Source: Welwitschia mirabilis (lineage: Eukaryota). Taken from it: a stretch of DNA of 46,996 nucleotides. The first letter of the stretch is position 1, and the number at the start of each line of letters is the position of its first letter. The position numbers were made by a program, and so were the translations under genes. Location of the stretch: contig JBOZIK010000001.1 of NCBI GenBank assembly GCA_051453625.1, positions 27,463,781 to 27,510,776 on the forward strand. Reading direction: 5' to 3'. A model generated the notes under the pieces. It saw nothing but the letters and a program-made list of their open reading frames with translations. It did no database searches and was not told the DNA's origin. Below are positions 13,482-25,989 of this stretch, piece by piece.

Positions 13482-14526
13482 TATTTGCCCTAGTGTACTT
13501 GTGATAGGACATCATGATGACCATATTTTTGAAATATTAAATAAATAATCATGGTTTTATTACACTTTTTTTTTTTTTTTTTTAAAGGAAATCATTTCAC
13601 ATGACCAAACACTCCAAAATACAAAGGTGAACTGACAAGATAAAGATATAAAAGAATACTTTTAAACAATCTAAGACACTTTTACCATTGAGAAAAACAT
13701 AAATAATAAACATCATCCTTCAAACTAAATTTTATATACATTTTATTATCTTAAGAATGGATGAATTCAATCTTACCATTATAAACTACCCAAGTCAAAG
13801 ACTAGTTATAGAAATGAATACATAAATCATATTTAAAAGATGATCAAGTAAATGTTATAATAACCTCCAAAAGAAAAAGATAGGATAAAATTTAAGATGG
13901 TTTTCTTAATTAATTCCAACTATCGTTCATTATCTTTCTAAAGTTATTAAATAGTCAAGTCAGAAATCTCAATAGATTCATTAGAATGTATTTTCTCAAA
14001 ATCTCAAAAGACTATATTGATCAACTATCATCATTCTTGTCTTCTAGATGACAGAGAGGATGATGGAGACAAAAAATAAACATAAAGAGTGAAAATCTGA
14101 TAGAAGGCTAAATATAAAAACTAAAATTAGATACTGTTATCTTGAATTTCTTGGGAACAATAAAAGGGATGACACACACAAAAAATTAAAATAGAAAGAT
14201 AAAAATAAAATCAAATTTAAAAATCATAAGAATCAAAAGGAAAACACAAAATGTAGAAACTTTTATTCAAATTCTACCATCTATTCAAAATTTTTATTAA
14301 AGAGAAAAGAAAAAGGAAAAGGATGTGTTTTGATGATCTACTAATTATGCATGTTTTTAGAGAACTAAGATCCAAACCAAAAGTTTACAAATTGATAAAA
14401 CATAAAATGTGTATAATTATTTTTGAGTAAAATCAATTAGATAAAGAGAGGGATAATGGATAAAACTTTATGATATCACATGAAAGCACAATTTTAGAAG
14501 TTAAAAGAGAGAGTTATGATGACTCT

Positions 14527-17028
14527 TATAAAAGATTTTTATTGATTGCAAAAGTTTTATTTTTATCATGATAAATAAAATTATGTTGTAGTCCACTAGA
14601 AAGATTTTTCATATTTAAAATTTTATTTTTAATTTCTAGATCATATAGTGGATAATATCCCTCAAGGTGTGAGCTTGAAAGTTTGACTTCCTTGTAATCT
14701 AAAAGTTCTATTTCTTTTTCATTCTTAATGTTGGATGAATCAATAGCTTTTGAGTTCTTAATCTGAAGTAGATAATTACAAAGTATAGGCTTATGTAATT
14801 TTATCTATCTTTATTCAAGTAAATGATGTTGCAAGAATAAGGTAAGCTTGATGTTACTTTCAATGTTTATTTTATTATCACTTGACTTTTTTCTACTACA
14901 TTAAAGACTCTAATTGTAAATGTTCTATTTTCAAAGTGACATTTCATTGTTCCAACTCTTGTATCAATGATGCAGTAGGCTGTTGCATAGAAGACTCATC
15001 TTAGAAGTAAAGGGTATCCTCTGTTATGTTTGATTTCTCTAATAATTACATCTATTGGATAGTAAGCCTCTTCAATTTGAATTGCTATTGTCCACTAATT
15101 CTAAGATAATCTGAGTAGGCTCTATTACTTCCTCCAAACCAAGTCTCTTGAAAATATGTAGTGGCATTATGTTAACACTTGCTCCAATGTTAATTAAGGA
15201 TTTCTTAATCTCTGTGTTTCCCTCTAATATTACATTCATTATTGCTACTCTTGGATCTTTAAATTTTGATGTTTTTTATAGCACTAAATTTAAGAGGGAT
15301 TGAGCTAAAAAGACTCTACTAGGAATGGCTCCATTTTATTTTCTTCTTGTTAAGTCCTTTCATAGTTTTAAGTAACCTAGATTTTGTTGTAATAATTTTC
15401 AAAAGTGTAAGTTTATACTTACATTTTTCATTAAGGCTTTTAGATGTTCATTAAAAGTTGAATTGGTGTTACGCCTATCAAGCCAAGGAGTGGTTGGTTA
15501 TTATTGTAAAGAATTTTTATTTTTCTTTTTATCAAGAGAAGGGAAGTTATAATATTCTAATATTTCAATGTCTTCCTCTTCTTCTTCTTCATCTCTAAAG
15601 CCATTTTTGGAGGTGGAATGTTCATATAGAGGAGGGTATGTTTTTTAACCACTACATTTCATAACCTTATAGTCTTTTCTCATTTTATTGTGATTTACTA
15701 AAGGTTATGAAGTCAAAGACCCTTGTGGTCTTTGCTTTGCCAACATAGTTTGTTGAAAGACGTTCACTAAATTTTCAATGTTGGTATTTTGCTTTTCTAA
15801 GGTGACATGTGTCTTTTTTTATGATCTTCTTAATTCACCTACAAGATTTGTGAGTTGAGCATTGGGATGTTGAAGGTTTGATGAATTTATTGGAAAGTTT
15901 AAGTTTTCAAATCAGTTTCTAAAAGGCTTAGAGTTATTTTGAAAATGAGTATTCAATCTAGGTTGTGCCTGATTTTGATTTTAGAAGTTTTAAGATGTTT
16001 GATTAAAAGCACAAACTTCTTCACATATTCTTTCTTTATACGTTAGTAATAGAGGACATTTTTTAATGATGTCAAAAGTCCTCAAATAAGTCATAAGTTA
16101 GCACAACATTTTTCTTAGTTGTAGATTTGTCATCTAAAATCAATTCTGTATACTTCTCTAGTACTATTATGAAGTTTTAAATCAAATTTGTAAGGTTGTA
16201 AGTTACCTCTTTTTATTTTACCTTGTTTAAATCTTTGATAATTTAGCCTATAGTGTGGTTTTCTTTTAACATTGACAAAGTTTAACTAACCTTCACAAGT
16301 TCTTCTAATGTTACCTAGGCATTATCTACCATGAGGTTCATAAAGTTTCCACCATAAAATAAATCCATAAGTTGTTTTATATGGGGATTTAAACCACTAT
16401 AAAAGTATCTTACATAATTATTCTCATGAAAAAACATCTATCGGATTATAATGAATTACTATAAATAAATGTTTATATGTGGAAATATAATCTTCATTTA
16501 GTTTTTGCTAAAAGTTTGTTACTTTATTTTTCCTTTTTTTTATGGTTTCTATACTCATGAATCTTTTGATGAAGTTTTCTTGGACTTAATCCTAGGTTTT
16601 TAAGCTTTTATGAGGTATGGATTTCAGATAATTTTTAGCTTTACCTTTTAATGTCCTAGGAAACATTATAATGTATGTTCTATTACTAATTTTTTTTTTC
16701 ATTTCTTGAGGTAAGGATTAAATATTTAATATCTACAATATGTTAAAGGGCATCCTCATCATATTTACCACTAAATGTTGGATAGAAATGAAGGTTTTTT
16801 AGTTCAACATCATCTCCTAGGAGAAGATCAAAAGGGGTTTGAATCTCTTATTTTTTATTAGCTAATAATTCCCTCAGGATCAATTTTGCATTAGGATTAA
16901 GTGTATAAAATCCTACAACTTATTTTTATTTTTGAACTTCACTCAACATTTTAAACTAGTTTTTTCCTTTTACAAGTTTTTTAAGGGATATTAATTTAGA
17001 AAAAATAAAATTAGAAGGAGGATTATAT
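14527..17028 (-). pseudogene. Athila-type gag + aspartic protease pseudogene, with no RT/RNase H/integrase
   Basis: Gag: VELKNLHFYPTFSGKYDEDAL*H, IMFPRTLKGKAK, VRYFYSGLNPHIKQLMDLFYGGNFMN..A*VTLEEL, and KNVSINLHF*KLLQQNLGYLKL*KDLTRRK. Protease: KFKDPRVAIMNVILEGNTEIKKSLINIGASVNIMPLHIFKRLGL (~ALLDLGASVNLMP) and IPLLLR*VFYATAYCIIDTRVGTMKCHF (~IPIILGRPFLATA). Confidence 0.92.
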
Positions 17029-17585
17029 GCACCTAGAGACTATTTTTTGATTTTTTTATGTCCACTAGTCCTTTTTTAATATTTTTCTCTATCAGCAGTT
17101 ATTCTCTCAAATATATCTTTTCTATGTTAACCATGTCCTAACATCCTGCAAATAGAAATAACAGAAAACAAATAAAAAATAATACTATCATCTTGTCTAT
17201 AATGGAAATGATAGAAGGAATGACTAACAGAGAAAGCAGAAAATAGAAATAGAGCAGAAAGCTAAAAACTAAAAAGAAATGCTATCTATCATCCTCATAG
17301 TTATCCAGATGATATAGAAGACAATAGAAACTGATTTTATTAACTGAAACCTGAATATAAAAAGTAGATATAAAAACTAAAATTACAGATTGTTGTCCTG
17401 TCTGTTAGGGAGATGATAGAGGGGATAGTGACTATTTTCCTACAAAAAACTAAAACTAAAACTAAAAATAGAAAACAAAAACCTATAGTTTGTAATAAAA
17501 TACAACATTGTTATAAATAAATAACTAAACAAAGATCCAATATACTGATCTGAATGATGAAAATCCTCATACTCCTTAGTAGTCT

Positions 17586-17603
17586 TCTTTAGCAATGACA
17601 CTA
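17586..17603 (-). promoter_or_regulatory. Decayed tRNA-Asp PBS of element 2
   Basis: The minus strand reads TAGTGTCATTGCTAAAGA. All 8 differences from TGGCGCCGTTGCCGGGGA are C>T/G>A. It lies 3 nt from the LTR end. Confidence 0.8.
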
Positions 17604-17606
17604 ATT

Positions 17607-18669
17607 TGTTGCAGTGTGTATTTGTATAAGCATTTATGTCAAAAAGAATTCTATCATTTATAAAATAAAATAGATTTCTCACATAATACAACATATTAGT
17701 ATAAGTAGGAGTTAACCCAAGTGTCATATTCTCATTGAAGACTATGAGATAAAAGTTGAATTGCTTTTTAGAAAGAAATAAAGAAAACAAAACTAAAGAA
17801 TAATGTAGAAAATAAAGGATGCAATGTAAATACAAAATGAAACTTATCTACATGCAATGCAAAATGAAACTATACTACTTCCTTTAAGCAATAACAAAGG
17901 TTATCCTTAATGATTTATATCATCCAATAAATTTTTACCAAATCAAGGGTAATATAAACCATAAAGGACATCTTAGAAACTAATATAAAAATAAGAAAAT
18001 AGATTTTTATATTAAAGAAGTAATAACATCTGGGTTACAAAACAGCCAGGCCTCAATGGAGGATACATAGTCCTCCACTAAGGGAATGTCTTTTTACAAC
18101 TCTTAAGATGAATCTTCTATCCTTCGATCTTTTGTCATGAGAATTTCTAATGCAATGAAGATAGAGGGGAGAGTTAAAGAGGGAATTATTTATAATAAAA
18201 GATAGCATAAAATGATAGACAGAAGGTGCTCTAAAAATGCATTCTTTTACATAAAAGAAACAGATAAAATAATGAAGGATTGGCTATTAGAGTCAGTTAC
18301 AATATCAATGTCATCCTGATGGTCATTCAGAGGATGATGGAGATGAGAGATCATTACAAAACATTACTTAGTAGATAACTCAACAAATAACTTAGTAGTT
18401 CATCTTAGTTATCATTTTCTTACCTATTGTGGAAATGATAGAGAGGACGATGGTCTTCTTTAACCATTTTATTGAGGAGAAACTATCATTCCTATCAGAA
18501 ACCTTCCTCTAAAGCTTTGTGTATCAAAATATGCCTTAAATTACTCAAATATAACTAAGAATTACATATTTCCAAGATCTTCTATTAAATCTCCAAAATA
18601 TTTAGAATTACACCTAAACCTATGTCAATGTCCTATAAAACAACTCATAAAATGCCATAAAATAACCAT
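17607..18669 (-). repeat. 5' LTR of element 2
   Basis: Terminus tgttgcagtg at 17607. Colinear with 10238-11640. Confidence 0.9.
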
Positions 18670-19344
18670 NNNNNNNNNNNNNNNNNNNTGGCTATCTTTT
18701 GTTTATGTTACCTTCTATACATTCTTTTTTTTCCTTTTGTGGTTTAGTTAGTTATTTTAAGGTCATTTCCTTATTTTCTTATCATTTAATTCTTTCCTTC
18801 TCAATTTTCAATAAAGAGTTCATTTCTTATTTAAATCATTTTGTGAATTTCTTTTTAGTATTTAGAGTTCTCAATGCTACTCTTAATCATTTTGTGATAG
18901 AACATTTTCATTATCCACATTTTCTGTGTTTATCAGAATATTTTAATAATTTATATTTTTTAAATATGACATTTCTTTACTCAGCTTTATAGTTAATTTA
19001 AAAATTTATCCAAATTTAAAAACATCCATCATTTTTCTTCTCACTTCTGTCTTCTTTTTTTACTTTATTAGCTAATATGGGATGTATTATTTTTTTTCAA
19101 AGGAGAGTAGGACCCATTTTCATGGCTCATTTTTATAAATTTTTGAGTTATTTCAAAACTTTTATGAAATAAAATTTTAAAATTTCCATACACATTATGC
19201 ATTACTTGTTATTTTGCTATGAGATGTCTTTTATGAGCCTATTTTATAATTTCCAGATTGATTTTTTATAAAACAAATTGGCTTGCATTTATGGTTTTTA
19301 ACTTGGTTTTTGTCAGAGACTAATAAAGGCTAAGTGGAAGGCTA

Positions 19345-20376
19345 TGTTGCATTGCCAATTTTTGTGTTTTTGATGGGGTTTTATGAGATATTTTGCAAGA
19401 CATTTACGTAGGTTTAGATGTAATTCTAAGGATTTTAGAGAATCTATGGAAGATCTTAAAAATGTGCAATTCTTAGCATGATTTGAGGCATTTAAGACAC
19501 ATTCTGATACACAAAACTTTAGATGAAGATTACTGATAGAAATGCTAGCATTTTCTCACTATAATGAATAAATAAGACCATTATTCCTTCTATCATCCCC
19601 ATAACAAATAGGACTACAACTACATTTGATGCTGATATGGACTACTGCATCATCTATTAATTTGTCTTTTGTAAAGAGCTATCATCCCCATGTCATCTAG
19701 ATGATAGTTAGGACAACCACTGTAACTGACTCTAACAACAACCTTAACTATTCCATTCATTTCTTATCTGTAATGAAGTGCATTTTGAGCACTTTTTATG
19801 TGTCATTTTCTATTATGTAACCCTATAAATAAGACCTCTTTTGACTCTCCTCTCTATCTTCATTGCACTAGAAATTATCATGACAGGAGATTGAAGGATG
19901 GGAGATCCATCTCGAGAGTTGTAAAAAGATGTTTCCTTAGTAGAGAGTTGTGCATCCTCCATTCAGGCCTGGTTGTTTTGCAACCCAGATGTTGTTACTT
20001 TTAATATAAACTCTGTTTTCATNNNNNNNNNNNNNNNNNNNNNNNNNNNNNNNNNNNNNNNNNNNNAGATTTGTTAGATATTCGTTATGGTTTATGTTTC
20101 ACTTGATCTGAAGACAATTTCATTGGTGATATAGGTCTTAAGGGTAATCTTTGTTAAGGCTTAAGAAAGTAGTTTAGTTTTATTTTGCATTGCACTTAGT
20201 AAGTTTCATTTGCATTTGCATTACATCTTTATTTTATACATTATTCTTTAATTTCAATTACCATTTTCTTCTGAAAATCAATCCTTAGTCTCATCTCATA
20301 GTCTTCAATGAGATACAACATTCAAGCTCAATTCCACTCACACTAGTGTGCACATGCATAAATATGCACTGTAACA
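19345..20376 (+). repeat. 3' LTR of element 1
   Basis: Inverted termini TGTTGCA...TGTAACA. Preceded by the Athila-like gactaataaaggctaagtggaagg PPT region. Confidence 0.92.
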
Positions 20377-20667
20377 TTTGCATTTAGATGTTATCATTCA
20401 TTAGTATCATCCAAATGATGGAAAAAACAATAGTATTTTTTAATCTTTTTTTCTAACTGAATTTATCTTTACAAATAATTAATTTCTTCTCAAAATGTAA
20501 AGTATAAGAATTTGTTCAAGATTCCTTTAAATGTACTAGTACTTGTGCATTTCCATGATTTTCTTCTTAACTCTCAATAATCATTATTTTCTACTTAAAC
20601 CTGTTTAAATTTCTTACAAAACTACTCAAGATACTCCATCAGAAACATATAGTTTAACATCATAACA
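20377..20667 (-). repeat. 3' LTR of element 3, second part
   Basis: Resumes the alignment to 30276-30395 exactly where 5904 stopped. Ends ...cataaca, followed by the PPT-side motif ttagcattattagtccctga. Confidence 0.8.
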
Positions 20668-23600
20668 TAACCTTCCAGTTAGCATTATTAGTCCCTGATA
20701 AAGTAGGTGAATAGCTCTAACTGTAAACCAATTGACTAATATAAATACTAATTAGGGATATATAAATTAAGTTTAGAAATATCATAATGTAGAATTAAAT
20801 CTCAAAATCAAATAAACTAAATGTTTTACATTTGTAAATGATGTAACCATATTGTCCTCTGATGTGTCATCCAGATGATAATGGGGATGACATGCTTTAA
20901 AATATGACTATAAAATCAAATTCTTGCAATTATTCTCATCAAAAAATAAGATCAAAGTAGCTACTAGTGCATTATCCCTCCACTTAATTTTTTTTTTTAA
21001 TGAATTTAATCTTTCATTACATGCATAGCTGTAAATTCCAATACTATAATCAGGAAAAAGACAGAGGATGGATGACGAAACTAGAGCTATAGATGATCAA
21101 AAAAACATTAGAAATTAGAGAAAGTTTTTATTTTCTTCCTTCTATTGATTGTAAACCTACTGTAAAATAATGAATTTTCATAATTCTAGCACAGAAAGGC
21201 TGGTGGTCAAGGTAAGGCTAACTTAGCTATTCCTTGGTTTTTTTCTCTTGAATAAACAGGTTTATCTTTATAAAAGCCTAGTTCAACCTGTGTTATTTTG
21301 GCCATGTTATCTGGTGCATAGAGGCCTCTTTGATTGGTCTACTTCAAGTTGTATAGGATCTCTTTTTATGTTACAAACCTACATGCAATTGGGTTATTCT
21401 CAGCCAAGATACGAGTATTACATCAAGAGAAGAGAATCAGGAATAGAGATAACCGATGCTAGTAACTTTCTGGATTAAGAAAGATGCCATCTGCTAGAAA
21501 TTTTTTGCTAGCTGAGGGCTTGATGAATATCTCAAATCCTTCATCTTTTTACTTATTATGCTGGGAAGATCTCATTTCCAAGAATTACTATGATGAAAGT
21601 TGTGGATGATCATTGGTTAAAGGAAGGCAGGGGTAGGCATTCTTTGGGCTTAAGCATCCTCATGCTTGAAAATAGCATAAACAACAACAATTTTTAGTTT
21701 AGCTTCAAGGGTTAGACCTCTATCAAGATTAGGCACTTAAAACTTGAACCTTAAGTTAAGTTAAAAGTAAGAATTGAAACACCTATTAGTGCCATTGACA
21801 TTATAAAATTCTACTGGTTCAAAGAAGTTTCATAATGCCTTAATAGAAAATATTAATTTTTACAGGTACAAGTAGGGACAGGATATATAAATAGATTCTT
21901 CATTACTATACTTGGATTTAATAATCCTATAACTATTAGGTTGCCAAATCTAGCTTTGTGATCACCCTCAAAACATCTAGACAAAAGTTCCAAATTTTAG
22001 CTATATAAGATGGTTTTACCTTCATAGATTACCCCTTTTTGCCTTTATTTCATTTCATTTGCAAGGGGGAGTATGAAATACTTTAATAGAAGGTCCCTTT
22101 TTGATAGTAATTCTTACTTAAAACAAATTGGAGGGAGATATTTATGAGCTAGTACTAGATATGATTTTTGCAAGTGTCTTTTAATTTTTGAATCTTTGTT
22201 AGTTTGAGCTAAAGATGAAAATTGATTTCGATGGCTCTGTGTTGGAATCTGAACTCTGATTGTTTGAATACCTTTTCATTTTATCCTTTCTAGATGTGGT
22301 AGATGCACACAATAATTAGGGAGAAAGCAATGTTATTTTGGATATTCCTTGCTTTGAATCTATGGTTGATCCAAGGTAATCGCCTTGTCCAAGGAACTAC
22401 TAGAGGTTTAATGCAAACTAGGTTTAGAGAGTACTATATGAGGCTACAAGAGATAGGGCATTCAAATAAAAGATGGTCTCTAGTCTCTTCAGTCCTATTA
22501 TAGATATCACACTTTGGATTTATTCAAATTCCTTGCTTAATTAACCTTTCTTTGGTGTTTAGCCTATTATTGCATGTAAGCCAAGATATAAACGAGTGTT
22601 TGGGTTGGGCATATCTGTTCTAGATAATTTGCCATCACTCTACTTTGGGGGCTTGACCACTCAGCTAATCATACACAGAAAATTTAAGAAGGATTTTCTA
22701 GGAACTTTAAAAACTGACCCTTAATTTGCAACTTCTATGCATTACCTTGCTTGGTCTCTGAGCTTTACTATATTATCACATTAAAAAGATAGATTTTGAT
22801 TATTATAATAAAAAGAATCATCATGAAATATAACCATATAAGATTAAATAAATGATATGCATGTATAATTAAAAAAATGTAATAACTCAAAAATGATATT
22901 CATGAATCAAACATTAAGGGCTCAAGCATAATCCACAAGGGAAGATATAAAAAAAATAAGTAATCATAACATTATTCCATTCATCCATGGTCTCCTAAAT
23001 TTCTTAGATCATTTTTGCAAGAAAAACCTACAATTATTCTACTATTAAGTACATGGTTTACTAAATAATATCTATAATGCATATCACTCAAATAATAGGC
23101 AATCATAATCAAATTTAGTAAATTACATATATGTATTATTCAAATTTAAAAATGACCCTATAAAATTTTAATTTTTCTCAAAATATCTCAAAATATATGT
23201 CCCTTCTCCTCCATTCATGGCCCCCACCCCCAGATCCTAACCCCTCCTTTAGAGTGAATCAATACATCTCATATTACACATTTCATATTGCATTAATATA
23301 AGAAGAAAAAGAATCAATATGTAAGTTAAGTAAGTACAACAATTGGAGCAGTATTCTTTGTGTCAAAGAAAGGTAGATAGTAGTCAATAAAAGATGAAAG
23401 ATGAAAAATTTAATACTTAGAAAATATATTTGTGTTATCTGCCTAGTTGTCTAGATGACAAGATAAATGATAGAAACTTTTAAAAGATTAGGAAATTAAA
23501 AGTACTAATAGAATAAGTTAAGCTCAAATGATATTATAGAGGTTTAAGAAAGTATCAAAAAGTCTAAAACATGGAAATGACTAAGAAGTATTATAAATCA

Positions 23601-24486
23601 ACACATGATACAAGGTAAATTTATAATGCACCAAGCTAAGAAAGATGTTGAAATGTGTTATGAACTCATAATTATTTGAAAGATTAGATGTGTTGAAACT
23701 TAAAATAAAATTAAAGGACTAAACTTAAAAAGAAAATATGCAAAAATCATCATCATAAAATAAAGAAACATTATTTTCTAATCAACGCCTATGAAGAAAA
23801 ATTATGTTAAAAAATAAAAATCAATAAGAAAACTACTAAATTATCAATTCCCAAGCATTTATGATGAAAACATATGGAAATGACTTTAAAATAACAAATA
23901 GAATAACTAATAAAAACAATACAAAAATGGATAACTAAGGAACATGAATATATTATGTTCCTATCCTAAATTCAAACCTAGAAAATCCTCATGAAAGAAA
24001 TCATCAAATCACCTGATTGATGACACATGACATAATGTAAAAAAATCATAAAGTACCACTTGAATAGATATTGATTGTAATGATGCTAAATAACTAATGT
24101 TTTTAAATAATAAATGATAATATTAAAATTTGCTTAGAAATGAACTTATTTATTTACATCCAAAAACACACCCAAATCCTTAAACATAAAATGATCATGC
24201 AAGAATACTATAAGCTCAATGAGTCTAGGAAATAAGTAATGCCTCTGATGATACCAAGAACACCACTGATCTCATAGCCTCAAAGTATTTATTACTATTC
24301 TATAACAAGGGGAGTGCAACTGCAGTTACAAAAATAAGAACCCATAAAGCATGGCCAACTGAGCCCTTAGTGAAGTTCCATAGATAAAAACACTACCTAA
24401 GATCCCTCTTAGGAAAATCTACCTTGGTGTGATAGGACATCATGTGACCATGTGTCTAGAATAGAAATAATAGATCATGGTCATTA

Positions 24487-24508
24487 CTCTCTCTCTCTCT
24501 CTCTCTCT
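24487..24508. repeat. (CT)11 microsatellite at a gap edge
   Basis: Read directly from the sequence. Confidence 0.95.
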
Positions 24509-25989
24509 TNNNNNNNNNNNNNNNNNNNNNNNNNNNNNNNNNNNNNNNNNNNNNNNNNNNNNNNNNNNNNNNNNNNNNNNNNNNNNNNNNNNNNNNNNNN
24601 NNNNNNNNNNNNNNNNNNNNNNNNNNNNNNNNNNNNNNNNNNNNNNNNNNNNNNNNNNNNNNNNNNNNNNNNNNNNNNNNNNNNNNNNNNNNNNNNNNNN
24701 NNNNNNNNNNNNNNNNNNNNNNNNNNNNNNNNNNNNNNNNNNNNNNNNNNNNNNNNNNNNNNNNNNNNNNNNNNNNNNNNNNNNNNNNNNNNNNNNNNNN
24801 NNNNNNNNNNNNNNNNNNNNNNNNNNNNNNNNNNNNNNNNNNNNNNNNNNNNNNNNNNNNNNNNNNNNNNNNNNNNNNNNNNNNNNNNNNNNNNNNNNNN
24901 NNNNNNNNNNNNNNNNNNNNNNNNNNNNNNNNNNNNNNNNNNNNNNNNNNNNNNNNNNNNNNNNNNNNNNNNNNNNNNNNNNNNNNNNNNNNNNNNNNNN
25001 NNNNNNNNNNNNNNNNNNNNNNNNNNNNNNNNNNNNNNNNNNNNNNNNNNNNNNNNNNNNNNNNNNNNNNNNNNNNNNNNNNNNNNNNNNNNNNNNNNNN
25101 NNNNNNNNNNNNNNNNNNNNNNNNNNNNNNNNNNNNNNNNNNNNNNNNNNNNNNNNNNNNNNNNNNNNNNNNNNNNNNNNNNNNNNNNNNNNNNNNNNNN
25201 NNNNNNNNNNNNNNNNNNNNNNNNNNNNNNNTGAAGAAATGAGATGAAAAATAAGAAAGAACACCCCTAACCAACTAAATACTTATACTATTAAGAAAAA
25301 AAAAAAAACCAAAGCATCTTCCTTCAAAATTAAGTTCATAAATGTTTTAATGTCTTAACATTAGTTGAATCCAATATTATCACTTTGGCATGCCTAAGTA
25401 AAGATCATTAATCATGGTAACTTTATAAAGTAAAACATTAATTAAGTTAAAGATATTCAAGTAATAGCATAACATCCACCAAAACAATCAATAAAGAAAG
25501 AAATCAGATATGATAGGAGGACTTCCAAAATAATTACTTCTATCATGTTCAAGGATTTTGTTTTTTTTTTCCGATATTCTATGGATCTATATCCCTTGTC
25601 ATTTTTTTTAATTTTCCTAGTGTTCAAATCAAAAATCTCAAAGAAGCCATTAAAAAATGTACTTCCTCTAAAAGATAAAAACCTAATCATCTAGAAGTTA
25701 TAAAAATAAAATCTAAGGATAAAAACATAACAGATAAAATAATATTAAAGAAAACTAAAAATAAGTTTTATTCAAATCCTAAATCTTATTCAATACTTTA
25801 TTGAAAGAAAGAAAAAGATATATTTATTATCCTAAGACTATGGTCCTAAGGTAATACACTTTCTTAGAAAAATAGGGAGCAAATCAAATATTAACTAATT
25901 GATAAAACATAAAAGGTATATAATCATATTTTGGTAAAATAAATTTGAGGTAAACACAATAAAAGGATAAAACTTTAATAGCATGATTT

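Larger units (their letters stand above)
10238..18669 (-). mobile_element. Element 2: gag-protease-only Athila-like element (LTR family A) nested antisense in element 1
   Basis: 5' LTR 17607-18669 (runs into a gap), PBS 17586-17603, gag-PR 14527-17028. 3' UTR 11695-14500, PPT region 11660-11693, 3' LTR 10238-11659. Both outer ends abut N gaps. Confidence 0.85.
5905..20376 (+). mobile_element. Element 1: non-autonomous Athila-like LTR retrotransposon (LTR family A) inserted into the 3' LTR of element 3
   Basis: 5' LTR 5905-6897, PBS 6901-6918, ORF ~7483-9447. The 3' UTR is 9450-10137 plus 18689-19344, with PPT region 19311-19344 and 3' LTR 19345-20376. Degenerate 5-bp TSD TTAGT/TTTGC. Confidence 0.8.

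Noticed and set aside
17440..20004. Hydrophobic ORFs 17440-17835, 18699-18992 and 19798-20004 (also 6453-6635 and 45837-46112)
   Set aside because: They lie within LTR/UTR sequence, are not open in sister copies, and their F/L/I richness reflects T-rich composition.
22294..22375. CGRC... frame resembling the GH1 PGRCS motif
   Set aside because: Only about 3 residues match, the exon boundaries do not fit GH1, and the segment lies inside a retroelement.
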